Counted from the first letter of the stretch, positions 47,849 through 58,674 are shown. The stretch is 64,000 nt of DNA from Candidatus Bathyarchaeia archaeon (GCA_038727135.1 JAVYWL010000001.1:32001-96000), one strand, 5' to 3'. Notes: generated from the sequence alone by a model not told the origin. A program made the numbers and translations.

Positions 47849-47999
47849 AAAATACACCGTAAACCATTGCTCATTAACTTTTCGCTCACTCCGGACATTT
47901 TAAAAAGATTTTCACAGATAGTCAGTAATTACTGGCCAAAACGGCAAGTTTTTAGAGCAAAATCAATTACCTAGAAATCAAATTATAGAGGCTGTAATT

Positions 48000-48470
48000 A
48001 TGATGAAGGAAAAATGTATCAAGCCGGAGTTTTTTGACACTATTAACTATGCCATATGCCAAGCGGTCAATGAATATTTAAGCGAAAAGGCTATTGACTT
48101 CTTCAGAAGGGTCGGTGAACACCACCTAAACGAAGCACTAGAAAGAGGCCTAATCAAGATTGATGAAGAGGATAAGCCTCTTGATGTGTTAATAAAAATT
48201 GCTAGGTATTTAGAGTCTGTTGGCTACATGAAGAAAATAGTCATTCATAAGCTCAGCGATGACGAAGCGCTGGTTGAAATGTTTGGAGTTTCGGTCACAA
48301 AATCCTCAGCCAAAATTATAAGAGAAGGAAAACAGCCCTCCCACTTCATGACAAACACCATGATTGCCGCATTAAAAAGGTACAACATCAAAGCAAAACT
48401 TGAAGACGTGGAGTTCGACGAGGATAGTGAACACTTCAAAGAGCGATGGAAAATTATCCAAACTAGGTGA
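48000..48470 (+). CDS. Hypothetical protein, possibly V4R/HNOB-like ligand-binding fold
   Basis: 156-aa ORF coupled to next gene; fold guess is weak. Confidence 0.55.
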   Translation: MMKEKCIKPEFFDTINYAICQAVNEYLSEKAIDFFRRVGEHHLNEALERGLIKIDEEDKPLDVLIKIARYLESVGYMKKIVIHKLSDDEALVEMFGVSVTKSSAKIIREGKQPSHFMTNTMIAALKRYNIKAKLEDVEFDEDSEHFKERWKIIQTR

Positions 48471-49468
48471 ATAACATGGAGAAGAAATTTAAGATATTCA
48501 TTCCAGAGCCAGAATGGGAAGAATCCCACAAAATTCTCGAGGAAATAGCTCAAGTAAAAGTAGGCGAACCAAGTGTGAAATACACTGAAGATAGACTCGT
48601 AAGAGAGATAAAGGATGTTGATGCCTTAATAATAACATCCCAACAACATGTAACAAAGAAAGTCATAGAAGCTGCAAACAAATTAAAAGTGATAGTCAAA
48701 TATGGTTCAAAACCAGGAATTGATAATGTGGATTTAGACGCTGCCACCAGAAAAGGAATCCTTGTTTGTTATACTCCATATGCTAACTCCGACAGCGTAG
48801 CTGAACACACAATAGCCCTAATCCTAGCTTTAATGAAAAAATTGTACATTACATGCTCTCAGCTAAGGCAAGGGAAATGGAGAGACAAAAGCTTACTGGG
48901 AAATGAGCTTCTGGGGAAAACTGTAGGAATTATTGGATTAGGAAGCGTCGGACGCAAAGTGGCTGAAAAGATATCAGGATTTAAAGTGAAGCTGCTTGCG
49001 TATGACCCATATGTTGAGGAGGAAGCTGCCAAAAAGATTGATGTGAAGCTTGTGGATCTAGACACGCTATTGAAAGAATCAGATGTTGTTACCATTCATG
49101 CAACTTTAACCGAGGAAACTAAGCACTTGATAGGGGAGAGAGAACTCAGATCCATGAAAAAGACGGCCTTCATTGTAAATACCGCGAGGGGAGCAATAAT
49201 AGATGAGAAGGCTTTGATTAAAGCTTTAAAGGAGGGATGGATTGCCGGAGCAGCGTTAGACGTTTTTGAAGAGGAACCGCCGAGTCCAGATAATCCTCTG
49301 CTTAAAATGGAAAATGTTATTGTCACCCCTCATTTTGCATCTTGCACTTACGAAGCATATCAAAGAGAAGCACTTTTGGCCGCCGAAGAAGTTTTAAGGG
49401 TACTTAAAGGGGAAAATCCAAAATTCATTGCAAACCCTGAAGTGCTAAACCGTAGCTTTGACTTATAG
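48467..49468 (+). CDS. D-isomer-specific 2-hydroxyacid dehydrogenase (SerA/GyaR-like, no ACT domain)
   Basis: SVAEH, GIIGLGSVG, VNTARG, AALDVFEEEP, TPHFA. Confidence 0.9.
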   Translation: MNNMEKKFKIFIPEPEWEESHKILEEIAQVKVGEPSVKYTEDRLVREIKDVDALIITSQQHVTKKVIEAANKLKVIVKYGSKPGIDNVDLDAATRKGILVCYTPYANSDSVAEHTIALILALMKKLYITCSQLRQGKWRDKSLLGNELLGKTVGIIGLGSVGRKVAEKISGFKVKLLAYDPYVEEEAAKKIDVKLVDLDTLLKESDVVTIHATLTEETKHLIGERELRSMKKTAFIVNTARGAIIDEKALIKALKEGWIAGAALDVFEEEPPSPDNPLLKMENVIVTPHFASCTYEAYQREALLAAEEVLRVLKGENPKFIANPEVLNRSFDL

Positions 49469-50137
49469 TCTTGAATATTTCTTTATGACGCTTAAAATTG
49501 ATGTGCTTTTTGGAAGTTCTGCCGCTATCTTCTTTTCGGTTTCCTCAATTTTTGAGGCTTGTTCCACGACTTCTTTAAGTCTTTCCTTTGGAATTACAAC
49601 GACACCGTCCAAGTCTCCGACAATAATGTCGCCGGGGTTCACACGTACACCGCCACAAATTATAGGAACATTCACATCCACAACCTCCGTTCTTCCAACA
49701 GAGTTTGTTGGAACAACGCTCCTCGAAAAGACTGGAAATTCAAGCATCTTACACTCGGCTAAATCTCTAAACCCGCCATCAAGAACAGTGCCGCTTAACC
49801 CTTTTGCTTTTGAGGCATAAGCCATTATACCGCCGAACAAAGCAATATTAGAAGCTTCATTCCCGCCAACACCCTCTATTGACCTAACAAGCACCGCGCC
49901 CCTCGGGGCATTTTCAATAGCCTCCAAAGCCTTAATCGGCGCAACCTTCCTATCAGAAAGCCTATCCTTAACAGTCACAGCTGGACCAACAACCTTCACA
50001 TCGCACGTACGAGGCTTTATAGAATAGTCCATAAAACCCCGAATCCCCATACCATCAAGAGCATCAGACAGCGAAGCAGTCGGTATTTCAAGAATTTTTT
50101 GGAGAAAGTTTTTTTCCAATCCCATATTCGCTACCAC
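49463..50137 (-). CDS. RraA-family / HMG-CHA aldolase-like protein
   Basis: TASLSDALD, GPAVTV, LFGGIMA, DGGFRD, VNPGDIIVGDLDGVVVIP. Confidence 0.87.
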   Translation of the reverse strand: MVANMGLEKNFLQKILEIPTASLSDALDGMGIRGFMDYSIKPRTCDVKVVGPAVTVKDRLSDRKVAPIKALEAIENAPRGAVLVRSIEGVGGNEASNIALFGGIMAYASKAKGLSGTVLDGGFRDLAECKMLEFPVFSRSVVPTNSVGRTEVVDVNVPIICGGVRVNPGDIIVGDLDGVVVIPKERLKEVVEQASKIEETEKKIAAELPKSTSILSVIKKYSRL

Positions 50138-50253
50138 TCGTCTACGAATGAAAACAGCAAAAATTTATCCTTTTCGTAAGGGCCAAAGAATCAAAAGGTT
50201 TAAGTGAGATTTCTTACATCTCTGTTAGACTCAACTAAAAAGAGGAGAGTGAA

Positions 50254-51213
50254 TTGACCAGAATATTCCACAGCGTTGATGCGCATGGAAGTAATCTCGT
50301 TTGGAAGAAGTACCTAAACGCAGCTACTACATACAAAGCTGATGTTGTCCTGCTTTGTGGAGATTTAACTGGCAAGGCAATAGTGCCAGTAGTGAAAGTT
50401 AAGGAAAGCGAATGGTTTATCAATCCCTTCGGAAAGGAAGAACGCTTTTACTCCGCAGACAAACTAAAGGAAAGACTAAGCACACTGGAAAACCAAGGGT
50501 ACTACACATTTGAAACAACAAGAGAGGAAATAGCTGAACTGCAAAACAACCCCAAGAAAATTGAAAGCTTATTTGCAAGGTTAATGATGGAACGCCTCGA
50601 GCAATGGTTAAAAATGGTGGAAGAGAAAATTCCCAAAAATGTGAAAGTAGTTGTCATGCCAGGAAACGATGACATCACGGAAATAGACGAAGTGATAAAA
50701 GCACATGAAGATCGGATAATTTATCCTCTTAACAAGGTTGTCTACATAGATGATAAACATCCCATGATAAGCTGTGAATATGTAAATCCAACTCCTTGGG
50801 AAACACCAAGAGAAGCGCAAGAACACGACATTATGGTAATGTTGGAGAGAGAGTTTAGCAGAGTTAACGCTAATGAACGAAAGTATCTGATATGTAATTT
50901 CCACGCCCCTCCTTACAACACACAGTTAGACTTAGCTCCCAAACTTGACAAAAAATTGAACGTTGTGACGCGGCTTGACGGTTCACCTGAAATGGTACAT
51001 GTTGGAAGTAAAAGTGTACGGGCATTTATAGAAAGACATGAGCCAAAATTAGGATTGCATGGACACATACATGAGGCTGCCGCAGATCAGAAAATAGGAA
51101 GAACCGTTGTTGTGAATCCAGGTTCAGATTACCAAGCGGGAGTGCTTCGCGGCTATGTTATTGATTTAATGGCTGACGATGAAGAGATAAAAGTTTGGAG
51201 AGTGGAAGGCTAA
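50254..51213 (+). CDS. Calcineurin-like metallophosphoesterase (Icc-related)
   Basis: DAHGS, CGDLTGK, PGNDD, FHAPP, LHGHIHE, NPGS. Confidence 0.87.
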   Translation: MTRIFHSVDAHGSNLVWKKYLNAATTYKADVVLLCGDLTGKAIVPVVKVKESEWFINPFGKEERFYSADKLKERLSTLENQGYYTFETTREEIAELQNNPKKIESLFARLMMERLEQWLKMVEEKIPKNVKVVVMPGNDDITEIDEVIKAHEDRIIYPLNKVVYIDDKHPMISCEYVNPTPWETPREAQEHDIMVMLEREFSRVNANERKYLICNFHAPPYNTQLDLAPKLDKKLNVVTRLDGSPEMVHVGSKSVRAFIERHEPKLGLHGHIHEAAADQKIGRTVVVNPGSDYQAGVLRGYVIDLMADDEEIKVWRVEG

Positions 51214-51230
51214 CCTAATAGGGTTTTGTA

Positions 51231-51932
51231 ATGTCTAATGCATGCAAAAGGAAGTTAGAAAAACCGTTTTATAAGATAGAGGACTTAAAAGCAGCGAAGA
51301 AAATTCTCATGCTGGTTGATGGTTACCGTAAACTCAACATTGAAGATTTTGCATGGGCGGATAAAGAGGTAAAAGAAGGAAAAATGGGCGTCAAATTTTC
51401 TAAAGACTGGAAGGAAATTCGAGAAATCATGTTAAAATTTGCAAGGGAGGCAGGTTCGCAGAGGCGCTTGCTTAATCTTGCAGCTCTTCAGCAGATACTA
51501 ATTCAGGCCGGGTTGGTCATATCAGCCATAACCACATTGTTAGCTACATTAAGTATGGTGGCTTTCCTCTTCCATTTTGAATGGGCCAGACTCGTTCCAG
51601 AAATCCTCAGTTATGCGCTTATACCATTAGCGATCGGAATAGTGGTTATGCTGGCTGGCCCCCCGTTAATTGCGAGGAAAATATCTTCGGAACTTGAAAA
51701 ATTTTTCGCCAGAAAAAGAGACCTTGTTGTTAAGGCAGACCCAATTTTAAAAGACGCTGCCCAAAAAATAATTAATGGTATTTCTGAAGGAATAAAAAAT
51801 GGCGATTTAAAGGTTAAGAAGAGAAAGGCATATGAGCTGGGACTTTTCAACACCGATTATGACGGAATAAAAATCGTCAAGAAACCATCTTTTTTTAGGA
51901 AATATTATATAGTGCTTCCAGAAGACGCTTGA
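51231..51932 (+). CDS. Hypothetical membrane protein
   Basis: Two central TM helices, between phosphoesterase and permease genes. Confidence 0.7.
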   Translation: MSNACKRKLEKPFYKIEDLKAAKKILMLVDGYRKLNIEDFAWADKEVKEGKMGVKFSKDWKEIREIMLKFAREAGSQRRLLNLAALQQILIQAGLVISAITTLLATLSMVAFLFHFEWARLVPEILSYALIPLAIGIVVMLAGPPLIARKISSELEKFFARKRDLVVKADPILKDAAQKIINGISEGIKNGDLKVKKRKAYELGLFNTDYDGIKIVKKPSFFRKYYIVLPEDA

Positions 51933-51987
51933 AAAAATATTTATAGTTAGTAGTTATAACAACAACTACGTTTTAAATGGTGAGAGG

Positions 51988-53568
51988 ATGGAGAAGGAAA
52001 AACCTCTGCTCTTTGTGAGGAAAGCTTCCGGTCTTAGGAGAGCAATCACACCTTGGCAGTCAATCTTCTTCGGCGTTGCTACATCGTGTACGCTGCCATG
52101 GCACTTCTACTTGATGGCCGTGCTTCCCAACTGGTATCCGGGGATAAATCTTCCACTGCTATACTTTGTGGCAAACTTAATAGTGATTTTTGAGGACTTC
52201 AGTATGGCTTTGATATATGTTGCAATGCCTAGGTCCGGCTCAATCTATATACCAGTATCAAGAGCAGTTTCGCCGATGCTTGGAATAATGGAGGCTACAA
52301 GAAGCTATATTACAAACCCAATCTTTAGAGGAGCAAACGCATACGTAGGAACTTTGTCGTTGGGCGCGCTTTTACAAGTATTAGGGTCGATAACCGGAAT
52401 AGAGGGGCTTTCAAGCGCTGGCTTAACTTTGGTTCAGCCAATGTATGCTTTAGCCTTCACGATCCTACAACAGATAATAGGCACACTAATCGATGGACTT
52501 GGTCCCGGAATCATTGGAAAATGGATCGCCTTCTGGGGCATACTTGCGATGTTCGGCTGGATAACAGTACTCATTCCACTAATAGCAACAGGACCCGCCC
52601 AGTTGCAGGCTAAATGGGATCAAGCTTTCGGTGCTGGAGCATATCAAGAGGTTATAAACGTTTCAAATGCGCATGGATTCAATCCGGCTAATTACCAGTT
52701 TAGTTGGGGCGCAATAGGTGGAGCATTACTAATTCCGGTGTCAAACACTTGGCCATACTGTTTGATGCCAGTAACAGGCGAGGTTCAAGAACCATCAAAG
52801 AGCATACCATTAAGCATGGTCGGCGCTGCTGTGATAGTGCTTATAGTTAACGTTTCAACATCGTTGGCATACACAAACACTTTTGGAGACTTTGCTCTTA
52901 GATACAACTTTATAGTTGAGAGTGGCTATTCCGGTGATTTCACAATCAATAAAAGCTTGCCAGTTAGCGTAAGCACATACTCTGCAATTCTAGCTTCTGA
53001 TAATCCAACGTTCGCTGCTATTGTTGGCTTTGCTCCACAATGGGGCAACTTTGCAGATATGGTGCTCAACTGCTTGTTCACCTCAAGACCCATGTTTGCC
53101 ATGGCTATGGACAGGATGGCCCCCGAAATATTCGCTAGAGTGCACCCGAGATGGGCAAGCCCATACGTAGGCTCAATATGGTGGTTTGTAATTTCAGTAG
53201 TAGTCGCAGTTCTATGTGTATACTACGGTGCATTAATATCTGTCGTCTTGGGAATCGGTTGGGTCTATACATTTGCAAGGTTGTTCCAGCACTGGTCAGA
53301 GGTAGAAGTAGCATTTTCAAAACCGCACATTTGGGAGAGAGGTTTCAGATGGACTATTGGTGGCGTACCGCTTGTAGCCATAACAGGCGCGATTTCAGCC
53401 ACATTTATGCTTTACATACTTTGCACTTCAGCGGCAATCATTGGCAGTGGCCTTATGATAGCCGTAACTTACCTCATCGGAATGCTTCACTTTGCCATTT
53501 ACGCAAACAGAAACTTGAAGAAGGGAATTCCTCCATCAAGCATTTACGGAGAATTGCCGCCAGAGTAA
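51988..53568 (+). CDS. APC-superfamily amino-acid permease
   Basis: FVRKASGLRR, AMPRSGS.Y, GEVQEP, SRPMFAMAMDRMAP..VHPRWASP, YGELPPE. Confidence 0.87.
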   Translation: MEKEKPLLFVRKASGLRRAITPWQSIFFGVATSCTLPWHFYLMAVLPNWYPGINLPLLYFVANLIVIFEDFSMALIYVAMPRSGSIYIPVSRAVSPMLGIMEATRSYITNPIFRGANAYVGTLSLGALLQVLGSITGIEGLSSAGLTLVQPMYALAFTILQQIIGTLIDGLGPGIIGKWIAFWGILAMFGWITVLIPLIATGPAQLQAKWDQAFGAGAYQEVINVSNAHGFNPANYQFSWGAIGGALLIPVSNTWPYCLMPVTGEVQEPSKSIPLSMVGAAVIVLIVNVSTSLAYTNTFGDFALRYNFIVESGYSGDFTINKSLPVSVSTYSAILASDNPTFAAIVGFAPQWGNFADMVLNCLFTSRPMFAMAMDRMAPEIFARVHPRWASPYVGSIWWFVISVVVAVLCVYYGALISVVLGIGWVYTFARLFQHWSEVEVAFSKPHIWERGFRWTIGGVPLVAITGAISATFMLYILCTSAAIIGSGLMIAVTYLIGMLHFAIYANRNLKKGIPPSSIYGELPPE

Positions 53569-53646
53569 ACAGAAGTCCCCCTCCCTTTTTTCCCACTTTT
53601 CTTTAAAATACGTCCAATTTCTTCTTCTATTAAATCTATCAAAGTT

Positions 53647-54426
53647 TTAATGTTGTATTTCCTCGACTTTTCTGTACCATTGTTTTTTTGCGCCAATTTT
53701 TGCTCTCATTTTCCATCCGAGGGATTTTGGCTCTTCTTCGATTACTTTGATTAGGCTGTCTATCCTATCCTCGATGAGTTTTTTGTCGTCTTCAACAAGT
53801 TTGCTGTAATCGGCGAGTAGGCTTTTAATCTTGTTCAGGTTTGTTGTTGCAGTGTAATAGAATCCCCAGTCGTCGGAGAGTAGTTTGGCTATGTATTTTG
53901 AGTTTATTGTTTCTTTGTCGCCTTCTCCAACTTCGTGTTCACGTAAGAGGATTATTACATCTTTGACATCTTTTTCGTTTATCTGAACTATTTGGAGTTT
54001 TTCGAGTAGCATTTCCGCCAAAGGTATTGTTGGATAGTCCACTTCAAGCCTTCCTCTAAAATCTATATCATGGCACATCTCAAGTCTATCTAAGAATATG
54101 TCTACTGAGAAACCCATTTGCTTATCATGAAAAATTCTTCTTCGAGCGGCCACAGCAGCTATAGAGGTTGGCCGCTTCTCATAACCGTTCTCTAGTAAAA
54201 GTTTTTCTATTTGGTTTATCTGCTTGCCATAGGCTAGGAGGTCAATGTCTGTTATTGGCCGAGTTTTGCCTAAAAGGTGGCCATATTTTGGGCAGTGGAG
54301 ACGGAAGGCGACCGCGCCTAAAACCCTTAGATACAAGCCCTTTGCATTTGCCTTTTCAATAAGTTCTAAAGCTTTATTGATTATTATTTGGTCTCTCTCA
54401 GACATATCTTCAGCCTTCTTCAACAT
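53647..54426 (-). CDS. Nucleotidyltransferase-like protein (Pol-beta superfamily)
   Basis: LRVLGAVAF..TDIDLL (DxD), VDIF third acidic residue, LLEKLQIVQINEKD. Confidence 0.65.
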   Translation of the reverse strand: MLKKAEDMSERDQIIINKALELIEKANAKGLYLRVLGAVAFRLHCPKYGHLLGKTRPITDIDLLAYGKQINQIEKLLLENGYEKRPTSIAAVAARRRIFHDKQMGFSVDIFLDRLEMCHDIDFRGRLEVDYPTIPLAEMLLEKLQIVQINEKDVKDVIILLREHEVGEGDKETINSKYIAKLLSDDWGFYYTATTNLNKIKSLLADYSKLVEDDKKLIEDRIDSLIKVIEEEPKSLGWKMRAKIGAKKQWYRKVEEIQH

Positions 54427-54505
54427 CTTGAGTGTTAAAGTTCATAAAAAATGAATGATATTCGTAATAAACTTTTTGCATGTTTCAAGCATAAACGAGA
54501 AATGC

Positions 54506-55642
54506 TTAGTGTAGTACCCGCTTAACCAAGACCTCGATGGGCTCATATTCTACGTCGGTGACTCCGAAACGCTTAGGGCTGAAAGCCTCTTTGCAAGCCC
54601 TGTTTTTTAGGCACTCGCGTAGCCTTTCATGTGCTGGAATTCCTATAACGGTCATGTTTACACCTGCTTTTAAGTTGGCAGTCATCAATCCCTTCCCAGT
54701 TTTCGGGTCAACCATGCATATTAAGTCTGGAAATATTGCAACTGGCTTTCCATTTATCCTTGCAAGCATCGCTTCATTCTTAAAGGTTATTTCCATAGTC
54801 ATACCTGTAAAGTCTCCAACTCCTTCAAGTGTTGCCTTCGCAAGGTAATGCGCCTTAACATCCATTCCGGACATTTCCTTCACTTTGCCGGTAAAGAGTT
54901 TGAAGCCCTTGGAAACCTCTAAAATCGCTTCGACGGGGTCTTTTTTGGCGTTTAATGCGTTGGCAACAGCTTCGCCAAGCTTTATTGAGAAGGTGATCGT
55001 GTTTGGTATAACGCTTTCTTTTAGTTGTTTGCCGCTCATTGGGTAGTGGTTGTTGGCACCTATTTTTCCGTTAAGTTCCAACGCCAACCGCATAATTTCG
55101 TCCGGGTATGTCGGATTCACTGAATGCTTAACTATGAGCACATTGCCATCCCTATCCACAAAGGGCATAGGGGTTAAGGAGATGCCATGACCTAGGAAGG
55201 ACGACATCTGCGTTTCCGGGGCAGCCCTTCCAAGTCCGTCGCCGTCAACCGTTGAAATCCCAACCCTCGCAGCTAATGACAACACTACGGGCGTGTTTAC
55301 GCCGCCCAGTTCAAATGGAACAACATGGTCAACTTTCCTGTTGAAGAGACTTTCAGTAATTTTTAAGGCTTCCATCAGCTCGTATCTCTTCTCCCATTTC
55401 TGAAGCATGTCGCCGATGGATTTGTAGGCGCTTACTGAGCCAGCGTAGCCTCCGCAAACAACAAAGGCGTCATCTTTGACCTTGTCTGGAGATATTATTC
55501 TATACTCACGGCCTTTCTTCAAATCCCATTCTACAAGTGGTTTGCCGAAGAATTCTGGGTCTCCGCCGCCGCCAGTCCCTAGAATCCCAACCCCAAGTAA
55601 CATATACTCTAATTCATCTTTGTCTAAAATTTTCTCGCTCAT
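54506..55642 (-). CDS. DUF917-family protein
   Basis: GILGTGGGG, PFELGGVN, VDGDGLGRAAPE, FKNE, FPDLI; start reset to ATG 55642. Confidence 0.85.
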   Translation of the reverse strand: MSEKILDKDELEYMLLGVGILGTGGGGDPEFFGKPLVEWDLKKGREYRIISPDKVKDDAFVVCGGYAGSVSAYKSIGDMLQKWEKRYELMEALKITESLFNRKVDHVVPFELGGVNTPVVLSLAARVGISTVDGDGLGRAAPETQMSSFLGHGISLTPMPFVDRDGNVLIVKHSVNPTYPDEIMRLALELNGKIGANNHYPMSGKQLKESVIPNTITFSIKLGEAVANALNAKKDPVEAILEVSKGFKLFTGKVKEMSGMDVKAHYLAKATLEGVGDFTGMTMEITFKNEAMLARINGKPVAIFPDLICMVDPKTGKGLMTANLKAGVNMTVIGIPAHERLRECLKNRACKEAFSPKRFGVTDVEYEPIEVLVKRVLH

Positions 55643-55705
55643 GCAGTTCACCAACTCTAATATGAGGATAGCTTTTAATTTGGAAATGCTAAAAAGCGTT
55701 TCTGT

Positions 55706-57097
55706 ATGCGTGGGATGGATAAGTTGGACTTGAGAGAAATTAGAAACGAGCTGGCTGAAATTGTGGGAGAAGGCAACGTCAGCGACGCGGATTTTGAGCT
55801 CTATGCCTATAGTCGCGACTTGAGTCCGGCTGCCCCACGATTGGCTTCCCTTATTGTCCGACCCAGAAGCACGGAGGATGTTAGCGGAATTGTTAAACTG
55901 GCGAATAAGCATAAAATTCCAATCTATGTGAGAGGATGCGGTTGTTCACACTGGGCTGCTTGGCTTCCGGTTAAGGGCGGAATATTGTTAGACATGACAA
56001 GCATGGAGAAAATATTGGAAATAGACGAAAAGAATCTGGTTGCGGTGGTTGAAGCCGGATGCACGTGGTTTAGGCTCATGGAAGAGTTGAGGAAGAGGAA
56101 GCTAACGTACCTATCAAGCGAAATGGGTGGCCCAGCCATGACTATTGGAGGAAGCATAATAAAGGCTGGTGGCGGCCCCTACGGCACATGTAAATTTGGG
56201 TTCCATGGACAGACCGATGTTCTTGGATTAGAACTTGTGCTTCCAACAGGTGAAGTTACTAAAACTGGATCGTGGGCCATGCCAAAATGTGCACCCTTCA
56301 GAAGGGAGGGATTAGGCCCTGATCTAACGGGACTGTTTATTGGCTCGGAGGGAATTTTTGGCATCGCCACAAAAGTGGCTTTAAGGATTAGGCCTCTCCC
56401 AGAACATGAAGATTTTCTCCATTTCGAATTCGACGACTGGGAAGACGTGGTTAGAGTGGGAGATGCAGCTACACGTGAAGTGGGCGATGAAATGGCTTAC
56501 AGCCTAGACTGCGGCGAAGAAGCCTCAAAAATGGGCGTTGTAAGCGTCAGAATTCATGTTTTTGGATACAACCGACAAATCATGCAATACAGAAAGAGAT
56601 TACTCACCAAAATTTGTCGTGAAAACAACGGAAAAGAACGTGACCCAGACATTGCAAAGAACTCATTTTCAAAGGTTGTGGCAGGTCTCCCTGAAATATT
56701 TGCGGCTGGGGTTTGGCACTTCGCAGGATGCGGAACTGTTCCCATACATGAGCTGCCGAAATATGTTAAAATTTGGCGGGAAATCGTCCAAAAATACGGA
56801 TTTTTTAGGAATACTTTTGGTGCGTGGGCTTTTCCACGTGGATGGACAGTATATGTTCACATGCCCTACCTTGAACCTGATGAGCGTGAGAAAATAATTT
56901 CCATATCAAATGAGATTAACAGAAGATTTTTCGAAAATGGCATTGTGCCCTATGGGATAGGAGGACCGGAGGGCTTACAGCCATTTTTGAAAGGAAGGCT
57001 GGGAGCTTATAACGACCTAATTAGGAGAATTAAGCAGTGTTTGGATCCGAACAACATTTTACAACCGAGCATTTTGGTGAGTCTAAATGATGCTTGA
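55706..57097 (+). CDS. FAD-binding oxidoreductase (GlcD/VAO family, divergent)
   Basis: IVRPRSTEDV, VEAGC, GLELVLPTG, GSEGIFGI, LDPNNIL. Confidence 0.85.
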   Translation: MRGMDKLDLREIRNELAEIVGEGNVSDADFELYAYSRDLSPAAPRLASLIVRPRSTEDVSGIVKLANKHKIPIYVRGCGCSHWAAWLPVKGGILLDMTSMEKILEIDEKNLVAVVEAGCTWFRLMEELRKRKLTYLSSEMGGPAMTIGGSIIKAGGGPYGTCKFGFHGQTDVLGLELVLPTGEVTKTGSWAMPKCAPFRREGLGPDLTGLFIGSEGIFGIATKVALRIRPLPEHEDFLHFEFDDWEDVVRVGDAATREVGDEMAYSLDCGEEASKMGVVSVRIHVFGYNRQIMQYRKRLLTKICRENNGKERDPDIAKNSFSKVVAGLPEIFAAGVWHFAGCGTVPIHELPKYVKIWREIVQKYGFFRNTFGAWAFPRGWTVYVHMPYLEPDEREKIISISNEINRRFFENGIVPYGIGGPEGLQPFLKGRLGAYNDLIRRIKQCLDPNNILQPSILVSLNDA

Positions 57098-58238
57098 GAG
57101 TTATAAAAGGCAAATCTACAACTGCGGAAGGTGTGGTTACTGCCTCGGCGGATACCTTGACCACGTTTGCCCATCAAGGTTCATAGGCGGCTTTGAATCG
57201 GCAACGGCTAGAGGAAGAATGCTTATTGCCCGAGCCCTGCTGGAGCGGAAACTAAACTATTCCAAAGAACTTGTTTCAGTATTATTCAAATGCTTTTTAT
57301 GCGGCGCATGCGATGTTAAATGTAATCAAGCTGCCAAAATCAAGATTACAGAGATAACAAAAGCCATGCGGGCAGACGCAGTAGAGACTGGCGTCATCCT
57401 CGAAAAGTTGGTTCCAGCAGCCAAGACATTAAGTGAAAGCCATAACATATATGGCAAACCATCAACTGAAAGAACTTTCCTAACTCAATCATATCCAAAA
57501 AAGGGCGGAACTTCCGATTTACTTTATTTCCCCGGTTGTGTAATAACATTTAGATACCCGAAAATCGCCCAAAACACTCTACAAATTTTGAAAGTTGCAG
57601 GGGTTGATTTTATTCTGCTCGGTGAGGATGAGTGGTGCTGCGGAAACCCGTTCTTTTTCATGGGAATGTCGAAGGAAGCTAAGCGGTTCGCCTTACACAA
57701 CATCGAAGCGATAAGAAGTAAAGGCGTCAAAACCGTTTTAACTTCATGTGCGGGTTGCTACAGAGTGTTGAGCCAAGAGTACCCGAAAATTTTTGGAGGA
57801 AAACTTCCCTTCAAAGTGATGCATGTAACACAATTTCTCAGCAAACTCGTTAATGAGGGCTCCCTAAAGCTGAAACGGACGAAGTACGACAGAGTTACAT
57901 ATCATGATCCGTGTGAAATTGGACGCTACGGAGGAATTTACGATGAACCGAGAGAGATTATCCAAAGCGTACCGAATTTGAAACTTGCGGAGATGAATAA
58001 AAGTAGGGATGATTCGTGGTGCTGTGGAGGGGGAGGGAGCGTTAACATCGTGCACACAAATCTAGCCCTTTCGGTGAGTGCATTGAGAATAAAGCAGGCT
58101 CAAGAAACCGGTGCAAAGGTGCTTGTTACAGCATGTCCAACATGCGTGCAAATGCTTGAGCTTGCATCTAAAAGGACGGGAACGAAAATTCATGTTGTCG
58201 ACATTGCAAGCCTCGTCTTAGAGGCAATAAAAACATAA
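57087..58238 (+). CDS. GlcF/HdrD-like Fe-S subunit
   Basis: CGRCGYC..CP, CFLCGACDVKC, FPGC, WCCG, YHDPC, CCGGGG, ACPTC. Confidence 0.88.
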   Translation: MMLESYKRQIYNCGRCGYCLGGYLDHVCPSRFIGGFESATARGRMLIARALLERKLNYSKELVSVLFKCFLCGACDVKCNQAAKIKITEITKAMRADAVETGVILEKLVPAAKTLSESHNIYGKPSTERTFLTQSYPKKGGTSDLLYFPGCVITFRYPKIAQNTLQILKVAGVDFILLGEDEWCCGNPFFFMGMSKEAKRFALHNIEAIRSKGVKTVLTSCAGCYRVLSQEYPKIFGGKLPFKVMHVTQFLSKLVNEGSLKLKRTKYDRVTYHDPCEIGRYGGIYDEPREIIQSVPNLKLAEMNKSRDDSWCCGGGGSVNIVHTNLALSVSALRIKQAQETGAKVLVTACPTCVQMLELASKRTGTKIHVVDIASLVLEAIKT

Positions 58239-58247
58239 CAGTCTCGT

Positions 58248-58652
58248 TTACTCTTCTATTCCAAGCGTTGAACGAAACAGATTTGCGCCAACACAAATCA
58301 TTTCACAAGGCTCGTTCGAGTTGTTTCTAAAGCCATGCACGGTGCTTGGAGGAATATACACGGCGTCGCCTTCCTTAACCACTTCGCTTTCATCTCCAAC
58401 AATCATAACCCCCGACCCTTTAAGAATGTAATATATTTGCTCATGGTAATCATGCGAATGCAGCTCGATAATGGCTCCCGGTGGAACAGTTGTGTGCCAA
58501 AATTTCCATATGGTTTTGAGACATTCGCTGTTTTTGTCTTTGTTTGAGCTTTCTTTAATGCTTGTGCAGAATAAGTCCCTATACATGGCGCCGCCGTGTT
58601 TTTCAACAGGCTTAACTTTGTATATGCTCTGTATCAGCAAATTTAACACCAT
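58248..58652 (-). CDS. Cupin-domain protein
   Basis: HSHDYHEQIYYILKGSG..GDAVYIPPSTVHGFRN. Confidence 0.85.
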   Translation of the reverse strand: MVLNLLIQSIYKVKPVEKHGGAMYRDLFCTSIKESSNKDKNSECLKTIWKFWHTTVPPGAIIELHSHDYHEQIYYILKGSGVMIVGDESEVVKEGDAVYIPPSTVHGFRNNSNEPCEMICVGANLFRSTLGIEE

Positions 58653-58674
58653 ATTTGTTAAATAAAAAATTGGG

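Noticed and set aside
47650-47898. N-terminal extension of the FAD oxidase ORF
   Set aside because: It reads through the 5S rRNA gene; true start is ATG 47649.
55643-55912. N-terminal extension of the DUF917 ORF
   Set aside because: Overlaps the divergent FAD oxidoreductase; family similarity begins near ATG 55642.
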